DNA of 63,091 bases, filler included, from Octopus bimaculoides (taxonomy: Eukaryota): assembly GCF_001194135.2 (NCBI RefSeq). It is 5 parts of 5 records of this genome, joined end to end, with 100 filler letters (N's around TTAATTAATTAA, not from the genome) between each part and the next. Parts side by side here need not be neighbours in the genome. Positions count along the whole stretch, not along the records: positions 45,205 to 55,441 come from NC_068989.1; positions 55,542 to 63,091 come from NC_068995.1; 3 more parts are not named here. One strand, written 5' to 3'. A model generated the notes under the pieces. The model was not told the origin of the DNA. It made no database searches and worked only from the letters and a program-made list of their open reading frames with translations. The position numbers and the translations under genes were made by a program. Of the stretch, positions 52,741 through 63,091 are shown piece after piece (the first letter of the stretch is position 1; the number at the start of each line of letters is the position of its first letter).

Positions 52741-54157
52741 TACATACATACATACATACATACATACATACATACATACATACATACATACAAGTATGTA
52801 CATGTGTATGAGTTTGTTTTTGTGATTGTGTTTGTCCTTCATCACCATTTGACAACAGGTGTTGATTTAATTACGTCCCTGTAAATTAGCAATTTGGCAA
52901 ATGAGACCGATAGAATAAGTATCAGGCTTTAAAAAATATGTACAGGTGTCGATTTGTTCAACTAAACCTTCAAGGTGGTGCCCCATCATGGCCGCAGTCC
53001 AAGCACTGAAACAACTAAAAGATAAATGATATAAACCCTGGAATATTCTAAAGAGAGAAAACTAGAAGCTGTGGTGCTTATCGCTTTCCCAAAAGTATTC
53101 GTGGTAGTGGTAAGCGTAGCTCAACATGTCATCTTGGAAACGAAACAGCGATATGGCGACGTCATTTCACTGATAACTTCACCGTCTCTCCACCCAACAC
53201 TATAATTTATAGGGTTAAATAGAGAAATCCTTGAAAGTCAAGAATGTCAATCTGCCTACATTGGTACTTAAAGCAAAAGGGAGTTGTCATGTATATGTAG
53301 AGACCTTATAAAGAAGGAAACAACATGGTTTCATTGTAACCCATGAGGCCTGTGCAACCCTAAACTTGCCTTTTGATAAGAATTTAATGATATTTGAAAT
53401 TGGAGCAAAGAAAATACCTGACATTTGATAAAAAAAAATTGCTTTGTTTGTGCTTTAATCCAGAGTTAGGTTAGTGAAATATCACATCTCAACGGGGTAT
53501 TTTTCGCCCTAAATTGCTTTGTTTTCTAAATGTTTTATATATTGTATTAACACAACGCGCAGTAACACATGTTCAGACGCATACACACACACACACATTT
53601 ACTTATCTCCATATATGAGTGTATGATTGTATGCAAACATTTATACATACATATGTATATTTGTGTGTGTGTGTGTGTGTGGAGAGAGAAAGAGAGGAGC
53701 GTCGTTTCTGTATTAATTTTTTTTTTCTTTTTCATTAGTTTGTTCTTTAATTCCTAGAGAAATAGAAGAGTAATTAGCTGCTCTGAATTTAATGAAGTTT
53801 GATAAGGAAATATAATTTACATTTAAGATATATACATACATAAACATATACATCAGCATTGATATTTTTAGCGGTGAGTTGATTGGCTATGCTAAACATG
53901 CGCAGCAGAAGTTGAGAGACTGAGAGCAGACGTTATTCAGATATGTGACACTTGTTTAGGCAGTTAATAAAGCTGTTACGGCGGAAAACCACAACAGCTG
54001 TCCCGTATTCTATGACAGTAAAAGAAAAGAAGTGCATGTGAAATATTTAAGTCTCATATCTAATTATATTTTTAAACTGAACAATCATTTGAAACATTAT
54101 TCAACTATTTATATACAATTGGTTTTTCTTACCAAAATTTCAAATGCCTGATATTTA

Positions 54158-54826
54158 ATGGATAATTATCAAGCTACCGCGACTGATTCCGAATCTTCTG
54201 AGAATCTTAGACAAGACAAGCATTTTCATCTCCAGAAAGCAGTGAACAAACATACAAATCATCTAGCCGAGAATTGCAAAAAATTCCTGATGGAAGAAAT
54301 TGAAGATATAAAACAGCCAGTATTTTGGCGAGCAGTAATGGCAGAATTTCTTGGAACCGCTTTTCTCGTCTGTTTCGCAGTTGCTGCAGGAATGAGTGAT
54401 GAGAGTTCTTCACCGAATGGATTGCTTTTTCCTTGCATTGAATCAGGCATTTTCATCACTATTATCATCGGTACTTTGGGCCATATAAGTGGTGGTCACG
54501 TTAACCCCGCTGTCAGTCTAGGATTCGCGATAGTTGGTGAAATCAGTTGGATCCGTTGCATATTGTACACATTATCTCAGATGCTCGGTGCCATTGTAGG
54601 AGCGGCTATCATACGTACTGTAGCACCGTCATCTATGTACCGAAGTTTCGGAGTTGTTGGTCCTGGACTTGGAGTTAGTGATGTACACGCTATGATAATG
54701 GAACTGTTGATTACATTCTTGCTCCTCTTTGGAATTTTGGCAGCCGTTGATAAAGGCCGTAAAGATTCCATCGGATCGGTTCCACTGCACATTGGTCTTA
54801 TAGTATCACTTAACATGTTTGCTGCC
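54158..54826 (+). CDS. Aquaporin (MIP family, AQP4/Prip-like scaffold), coding exon spanning the N-terminus to TM5
   Basis: 223 codons with FWRAVMAEFLGT, GHISGGHVNPAVSLG, QMLGAIVGA, ELLITFLL and GLIVSLNMFAA, then a phase-0 donor GCC|gtaagt at the intron position after TM5 seen in vertebrate AQP1/AQP4. The second NPA exon was not found in the window. Confidence 0.93.
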
Positions 54827-56914
54827 GTAAGTAACATTCCATTCTTATATTATCTCTTTATACAAAAATACACACACATATATATATATATTATATAGTA
54901 CATATATACAGATACACTTATATACATACATGTATACATACGCACACATTTATAGATAGACACATAAAGTGATAGATACATTTGTTGATACCATCAGGAC
55001 AGAGAGAGCTCAGTACATGAATATATGTGTACGTGTACATGTGTTTATATATGTTTATATATGTATGTGTGTGTACACATATATCTTTATGTATGTATGT
55101 ATGTATGTATGTATGTATGTATGTATGTATGTATGTATGTATGTGTGTAATCTACTTGTTCTGCATTGTTCTGTCATTATGCTCAAATGTTTGCATAATG
55201 CACATAATTGCATCAGCCACTAACAAAGTTTTTTGAAACAACTGTAAAGAACTGGAGTGGCTGTGTGGGGTAAGTAGCTTGCTTACCAACCACATGGTTC
55301 CGGGTTCATTCCCACTGCGTGGTACCTTGGGCAAGTGTCTTCTACTATAGCCTCGGGGCGACCAAAGCCTTGTGAGTAGATTTGGTTGATGGAAACTCAA
55401 AGAAGCCCGTCGTATATATATATATATATATATATATATATNNNNNNNNNNNNNNNNNNNNNNNNNNNNNNNNNNNNNNNNNNNNTTAATTAATTAANNN
55501 NNNNNNNNNNNNNNNNNNNNNNNNNNNNNNNNNNNNNNNNNCTTATGCATATTGAGGAACTTTCTATGTATTTGATATCGCCAGTTGGCATATGGGTTGT
55601 TATTAACAATCCCTTACGCACACACACATATACATGTATATATATAATATAAGGCGTGTGCAAATAGATGTACTTCTGCTTCCCGTATAGTGGTTAAGCA
55701 AAAACTAATTATATTCTTAAGTATTAATAGTAATGATATACAGAGAAAATGTAGGAGAAATTACGATTTACATAATGCACGCATACATATGTATATGTGT
55801 GTATATGTAGAGTTGTCTAAAATCCAGGAATCAGAGAGGAAGAGAAACTCGAGCGTGTAGTTATAGAACGAGTGTTTTATCATTAATGGCTTCAAATTTC
55901 GGCACAAAACCACCAATTTTAGAGGAACGCGTAACTGAATTACATCGAACCCACAGTTCAAATGGCACTTATTTTATCGACTCCAAAAGGACGTAGGCAG
56001 TCAACTTTGGCAGAGTTTGAACTCAGAGTGTAAATAACCGGAAGAAATGCTGCCAAGCCTTTTGTCCGATTCACTAACGATTCTACTAGATCACCACCTT
56101 CGCATATTATTATTAATAAACTACAATTTTATATTGTTATATCAGCCACTCTACCAATCGGTTTCATACAGGAGTTCAGATAACCCCAGCAATCATCAGG
56201 CGACTATGAAACTGATTGGTAAATTGGCTGATATGAGAAGATATTAAATTGGATTAATAATAACAAACACATTTTATTAACAAATATAACAAGTAGTGTT
56301 TGTTTTTTTCTGAACCATGGATTTTTAGACAATAATACAGCCCCCATCATCAACATCTTATACCGCCCCCCCCCCCACCAACATCTTATATCTTCTATGC
56401 TTTCTTTTTTTTTTTTCGGACATCAGACTGAATATATGTATGTACGTTTGTATGTTTTAATTTTTAGCGTATATCTGTGCCGCGAGAAGCGCCTATAATA
56501 CGATGACTAGAATATTCTTTCAATATTCGATAAAGAACGAAGTGTTGTAATTTGATAGTGGCGACTGATGTCCAAATTGTAAAGTATAAATGAGAATAGC
56601 AAAAAAAGCAAAAACAAAAAAAATGTGAAAACACACTCACACATGGATACATACATACATACATACATATATACATACAATACAGCATATTGCACTGAAG
56701 GTTTTTGTATCAGGTTATTTATTAATGACGAATGAATTTATTGTGATGGTGGTCAGAGTGAGTGGTGGTAATCTGACGACTGAGTCGTCTGCACGCTTCA
56801 TTTCATTATATTTCAACTCACTTCAAAGACAATGTCGCTATATGTATGTATGAATGTATGTATGTATTATATATATATTTATATAGGCATACACACACAC
56901 ACGCACGTACGCAT

Positions 56915-56955
<41 letters not shown>

Positions 56956-57636
56956 TATACATACATATCTATGTATATATATACATCCGTGTATAGATAT
57001 ACATACATGTGTATGTATATATACATCCGTGTATATATATATATATATATATATANNNNNNNNNNNNNNNNNNNNNNNNNNNNNNNNNNNNNNNNNNNNN
57101 NNNNNNNNNNNNNNNNNNNNNNNNNNNNNNNNNNNNNNNNNNNNNNNNNNNNNNNNNNNNNNNNNNNNNNNNNNNNNNNNNNNNNNNNNNNNNNNNNNNN
57201 NNNNNNNNNNNNNNNNNNNNNNNNNNNNNNNNNNNNNNNNNNNNNNNNNNNNNNNNNNNNNNNNNNNNNNNNNNNNNNNNNNNNNNNNNNNNNNNNNNNN
57301 NNNNNNNNNNNNNNNNNNNNNNNNNNNNNNNNNNNNNNNNNNNNNNNNNNNNNNNNNNNNNNNNNNNNNNNNNNNNNNNNNNNNNNNNNNNNNNNNNNNN
57401 NNNNNNNNNNNNNNNNNNNNNNNNNNNNNNNNNNNNNNNNNNNNNNNNNNNNNNNNNNNNNNNNNNNNNNNNNNNNNNNNNNNNNNNNNNNNNNNNNNNN
57501 NNNNNNNNNNNNNNNNNNNNNNNNNNNNNNNNNNNNNNNNNNNNNNNNNNNNNNNNNNNNNNNNNNNNNNNNNNNNNNNNNNNNNNNNNNNNNNNNNNNN
57601 NNNNNNNNNNNNNNNNNNNNNNNNNNNNNNNNNNNN

Positions 57637-57688
<52 letters not shown>

Positions 57689-58412
57689 TTGTGCATGTTA
57701 CTGATTTATTTATCACCATTTTGATAATTACACCGATGGCTATGCTTCGCTGATGAGGTCAAAATAAGATTAAAATGTGTCTGGAATAGTATCTAGGACT
57801 TCAATATGCAATGCACAAGAATATCTTTGTTTCGAAGACCATAGGATCTAATTTAATCTTCCCCGCCACATTTCCTTCATTTTAACTTTTTAAGGGTCCA
57901 AGTAGCAAATATAGGAATATTAACATAACAACCGTTATCGTTGATGTTTTTATCACCAGGCCAAGTCTGAGCGAGCACCCTATGATCAAAGACCTTTCAT
58001 TTATGATAAACCCGTCCCTTTTTATGTATTCAAGACTATGTTATTCAATATATCCCCTCTTTTCTTAAGATACTTGAGTGTAATTTGAAGCATATTTGTT
58101 TACCATTTGTAGCAGATGGAGGGAGTACGTACCGATTCCTTTCTGGTTTGTATTTATTATCTATTATGCAGATGGCCTCTTTGAGTTTATTTAATGTCCA
58201 AACAGTTTTCCTGTCTCAACCAGTGTGTAATCTTGTACATTTTTCTCAAACGTTTATCATTACTTTTACATGACATGTATAGTAACAGCTTTGATTCGTC
58301 GATGAGGTCAGAATATTACCGAAACATGGAGCTGTCTCTTGTCCTTGTCAGTAATAGCAAATCGAGTGTGACACTGGCTGTGGAAATGTGGTTGTTGCAA
58401 CAAAATATTTCC

Positions 58413-58508
<96 letters not shown>

Positions 58509-58509
58509 T

Positions 58510-58830
58510 GACTTGTGGAGCTTTGTCGAACAGCTGTTGACGGGTGTAGGATGGATCCGGTTATCAGCCGAGTCCAACGTGAAGATTACCCCGCCGCCTT
58601 CCTTCTGCTGGGAAGGAAAGGCAGTTTCCCCTGTTTGGTGCCTATGGCGGAGGAGGTAGTGTGGATGAAACTGAAAGGACTGAAGACAAATACTTTCCTC
58701 TTCGGTCAAGCTCTTATCAACTTTCTCAATTTCCACTTGAAATGGAAAGTGAGGGTGGAGAGGGAAGTCCTGGTCCCCAGTATTTTTGTTGAAAAGTAGG
58801 TGAATGTAGCAAGGATGGCCCATGTGAATG
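58510..58830 (-). mobile_element. Possible Penelope-like fragment (region upstream of the RT)
   Basis: SLTEEESICLQS...KEGGGVIFTLDSADN resembles NLT.EE..AL..L...ADKGG.VV.LD..DY. Weak match. Confidence 0.35.
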
Positions 58831-58849
58831 GGCTTGTGTGTTCTGGTAG

Positions 58850-59750
58850 ATTCTGTGAGAGCGGACAACTTACCATGAGAGGTCTCATAGGGTCTCTTTC
58901 TGCACACTATAAGCTTTCATACTTGGTTGCTAATTATCATGGGAGACATTCAACATCCAAGTACCAATCTCAAAATTCTAGCTATCCCCAGCAGAACAGT
59001 TTTCTGGGCTTGTCCTGCTCTCATATCAATTCCGATTTCTTTGAGATATTTCTCGAACTTGGTTGTTCGTACTCCGAGTACCCCAACAACTACTGGAATG
59101 ACAGACACTTTCCTCATAGTCCACATTCTTGCAATTTCGTCTCTTAGTAGTCTGTACTATTTTATCTTTTCTAGTTCTTTGTCACTTATGTGTGCATCTC
59201 CAGGTATTGCAATATCTACGATCTTGGTGTCCTTTTTCCTTAATCTACTACAACAATATCTGGTCCCCGAGCCTCGATTTGGGAGCCACGTTGGATTGTA
59301 AAATCCCACAGTATCGTATGTTCCTTGCTCTCGGTGACTCCTGGTTCATATTCATACCCTTTCCATGCTCTGTTCAGGCTGTACTCTTCACATAGTCTTC
59401 AGTGAATGAACTTAGCCACGTTTTCGTGCCTCCTTTTGTAGTTCTTTTGGGCCAGCTTGCTACACTCACTCACAATATGTGAGATTGTTTAATTTCTGCT
59501 GCCACACATCCTACAAAGCGGCGATTCGCTATTCATCTCTATTTGGAACTTGGTGTAATTAGTTCTCAGAGTGCATCCTTCAGATCACTTTTTCTTAGCC
59601 ATCTCCAAGTGTTGATCTTGTCTATCTTTTGATTTCTCTGAGTTATTACCCATGCAGTGGTTTCATTTTCCAGTTGCTTACTTTTTCTTCTTCATCTTGT
59701 TTCTTAAATGCTTGTGGGTGTATCGCATTTTCGCTAGGTATTATATTGTT
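58850..59750 (-). mobile_element. R4/Dong-clade LINE 3' portion (zinc knuckle plus endonuclease), degenerate
   Basis: SPLCRMCG...TISHIVSECSKLAQKNYKRRHENVA, ILWDFTIQC...EARRPDIVV, DIAIPGD, VIPVVVGVLG, VLLGIARILR. The 5' end abuts an (AAT)n array. Confidence 0.88.
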
Positions 59751-59751
59751 A

Positions 59752-59833
<82 letters not shown>

Positions 59834-60330
59834 TTTCTTTTTTTTCTTCTTTCTTCAAATTTTATTCCATTTCTCGCCGAGTAATATTATTATTTTATTA
59901 TTATTATTATTATATGTTTGACTTTTGTNNNNNNNNNNNNNNNNNNNNNNNNNNNNNNNNNNNNNNNNNNNNNNNNNNNNNNNNNNNNNNNNNNNNNNNN
60001 NNNNNNNNNNNNNNNNNNNNNNNNNNNNNNNNNNNNNNNNNNNNNNNNNNNNNNNNNNNNNNNNNNNNNNNNNNNNNNNNNNNNNNNNNNNNNNNNNNNN
60101 NNNNNNNNNNNNNNNNNNNNNNNNNNNNNNNNNNNNNNNNNNNNNNNNNNNNNNNNNNNNNNNNNNNNNNNNNNNNNNNNNNNNNNNNNNNNNNNNNNNN
60201 NNNNNNNNNNNNNNNNNNNNNNNNNNNNNNNNNNNNNNNNNNNNNNNNNNNNNNNNNNNNNNNNNNNNNNNNNNNNNNNNNNNNNNNNNNNNNNNNNNNN
60301 NNNNNNNNNNNNNNNNNNNNNNNNNNNNNN

Positions 60331-60404
<74 letters not shown>

Positions 60405-61149
60405 GTTTATGTTTATGTTCGTATTTCAGAACTGAACAAATATTGGTCTATCATCACAAGTCAAAAGCTCAGGAAGCAAAAGAAGAAAAAAAAAAAAACT
60501 TAAACAAGTGGATAATGTATTGATATGTGTATCAACTATAACTTCGATGTTTACATCTCTTTTTTGAAGAGCTGTGTCTATCAGAAATGGCTAACACTTT
60601 GCACCATCTGCTACAGATGAAAGTTCACCTGAGTTAAAAACACGTAATGAAGTAAACACGAATAACAAAACATGAGTGATGATTCGATACAGTTTGTAAA
60701 AAAAAAAAAAAAAAAGAGAAAACAATCTCATCAGTAAGTTGGAATTATTATCGCAGTGATCTTGTGCTTTGTTCAGAAATGTAGCTCTGAATATCAAAGA
60801 AAAAAAAATAGTGATTGCGTCATTGCATCATTGCATCATTGCGTCTATACCTGAACAAGTTGAGAGGCGGCAGAAGCATGGTCTCGTGAAAACTTTGTTC
60901 ATCCTGACTCCTTTGAACAATGATGAGAAAATTTAGAACATTACTTTGTTACTCACCTATCTCTGAACACTTGTTCTGCTTCATTTGTAAGCTATTTTCT
61001 CATCGAAAGAATCGGGACTGGAACCCATATATTCTCAGTGGCTACAGGGATCGGAAAAATGCGAACTTATGTACGTATATAACGACAAGAGAACATTCAT
61101 TGAGCATTATGATGCAGCTGTTGACTTGACTGTGAGTTTATGGTTTACC

Positions 61150-61600
61150 GCACGGGTTGAAAGTCTGTGGTAAAGCAACAGTAGACAGAACGTGCATACG
61201 CAAGATCAGTTCCGGAAGGGTTTATCGCTGCGATCAGATTTTTCTTGAAGTATGGGTTGCAAATTTTGTCCCAAAGAAAACTTAAAATTTCCTCATTCCT
61301 TGCACTACAACTATAGCTTCTATGGATATCATGGAAGCTACTGTCATAGTGTTGACAAATATGCCCGTTAAAGTCACCAGCCACGATGATGAAGCCACTG
61401 TCGATTGTCGTTGAGCTACCTGAACGCGGACTATTATTTCATTGTTTTTCTGCTTTTGATCAAATCTGTATCGTCTCGCGTAGATAGAACTGAACATAAA
61501 ATATATAAATGAATGACGAAAAATTGTAATAGGTTCTACTACATCATGATTTTCCACTATCCTTGAGATCCTAAACCCAGCGTTGGAGATGAAGTGATTC
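61150..61600 (-). mobile_element. RTE-clade LINE AP-endonuclease fragment (degenerate)
   Basis: AGDFNGHICQH..SFHDIH.SY.CSARNEE...ICNPYFKK, preceded by an SIYA segment. Confidence 0.72.
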
Positions 61601-62119
61601 AGTTCAAAGAGAATGCAATTGGTATAGACATTGGAATTAATTTTGAACTTTAACCTCGTTTTCGTTTTTCCCTTAATGTATACATTTCTCTGTACTTATA
61701 GATGACAGCATCTATGTTTATTAGTATTTAACTGAAGCAGGGAAAAATAATTTTCTGCGCTATCAAAAGTGATTTAAGCTCAACAATGAAAGATGAAAAA
61801 GCTGAATTACTTCTTCATTGATGCATATCGATTCAGAGCAATTGTATACAATTGTCTGTCAGGATATCATTAATGAATTTGTGGACAAACACACACAAAT
61901 AAACAAAGCAAAAAACAGCAGCAGCAGCAGCAAAACAACAACAACAAAGTGTCACAAATTAAAATTAAAAATCTTATTTATTGATTATTAATGCGGATTA
62001 TTAATATATTTAGTTTCAGTTTTAATGTAATAAAAATCAAATTTTTTTCTGATATTTTAAAAAAAATTGATTTTATCAGTTTTAACGATAAATCTAAGTT
62101 ACTTGTTTGTCATTAAATT

Positions 62120-63060
62120 TAGTGTCTAACACTAAAGTAAATTTATAAACCCACTGAGACCACAGCTTTAGCTATAAAGATACTACAGTTAATCCAAAAA
62201 TGTGTCTAAAGTTTATCCGCAGACATTAACGTTAATCCATTAATATGCAGATGTTTATCTATCTATCTATCTATCTACCTATCTATCTATTTATCTACTC
62301 TAAATTTAAGTTATAAACTCGCTTAGATTAATCTATGTAGACACTACAATTAAAGCATAAAACCACTGAAGTTAATCTATAAAACCCTAAAGTTAATCCA
62401 TAAATCTACCGACGTTAATTTATAAAGCCACCAAAGTAAGTAATTAAATCAACTGAGATTTATCTACTGACTTAAATCTGTAAAGACACTGCAGTTAATC
62501 TTTGAAGTTAATCTATAAGTCTACAGTAGTTAATATATCAATACACTAAAGTTAATCCATAACCAGGAGACAACTGGATTGGATTGGATCGCCTATGTTC
62601 AGTCCAATGAAGGACGAAGGCTTCAGTATGTTCTTTTCACCAACCACGGTCCGATGTGGTAGCTGGGAATCTGAGTTTGAGATCATACTGGTTTGATGAG
62701 TCTACTCAGCCGCACTGGCTCAACATGGTTTGGCAGAGGGATGCAGTTTTTATACTCATACAGGAGTAGTTAAGTCGATTACATCGACCCAGGGCTCAAC
62801 TGATACTTACTTTATCGACCCCGGAAGGATGAAAGGCAAAATCGACTTCTGCAGAATTTGAACTCAGAACGTAAGGGTGGACGAAGTATCACCAAGCACT
62901 TCGCTCAGCGTGCTAACGGTTCTGCCATAAATAATCCACTAAAGTTGATAAATAAAACCACTGTATACTGTATAAAGCCATCAATCCAAACGAATGTATC
63001 TATAAAATCCACAATTTATCTATAGTATCACTGATCAACTCATAAAATTATTGACATTAA
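62120..63060. repeat. Degenerate ~20-21 bp minisatellite (cactaaagttaatccataaa-like), interrupted at about 62570-62930 by a LINE remnant and a SINE
   Basis: Recurring aagttaatc(c/t)ata(a) cores at roughly 20-21 bp spacing. Confidence 0.65.
62575..62750 (-). mobile_element. Probable RTE LINE extreme 3' end with (CCAAT)n tail
   Basis: The minus strand shows a decayed CQTC..C zinc-finger-like stretch ending in gatccaatccaatccag. Confidence 0.4.
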
Positions 63061-63091
63061 GTCATTCAATTATATCTTATCTCCATTAATT

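Noticed and set aside
61565-61600. NPA-like codons (AAC CCA GCG) as the missing aquaporin exon
   Set aside because: The context LNPALEMK* lacks the NPAR motif and lies in the antisense of an RTE remnant.

Overview
Eukaryotic, AT-rich, microsatellite-dense draft-assembly sequence with many N gaps. The SINE families and repeat landscape match an octopod cephalopod (organism inferred, not proven). Host genes: (1) a minus-strand adhesion GPCR (ADGRG-like). I rebuilt seven of its exons by hand (24157 down to 6761) with consistent splice phases: GAIN end, GPS (CSCDHL|TSFALLM) and all seven TM helices. Its N-terminal exons and last exon are unresolved. (2) Three symmetric phase 1-1 minus-strand exons (4022 down to 515), probably a separate EGF-module gene. 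(3) A plus-strand aquaporin coding exon (54158-54826, TM1-TM5, first NPA) with non-canonical selectivity-filter residues; its second exon is not visible. The rest is transposon debris: R4/Dong-type LINEs (one with a 5' inversion), RTE and Penelope-like fragments, a Tc1 remnant, a mariner-type MITE, three tRNA-SINE families, a 2.85-kb element with long inverted ends, and a 27-bp tandem array open on both strands. I found no convincing wholly new biological system. The best leads are the aquaporin filter, the 27-bp array beside the GPCR, the hidden exon cassette and the inverted R4 element.
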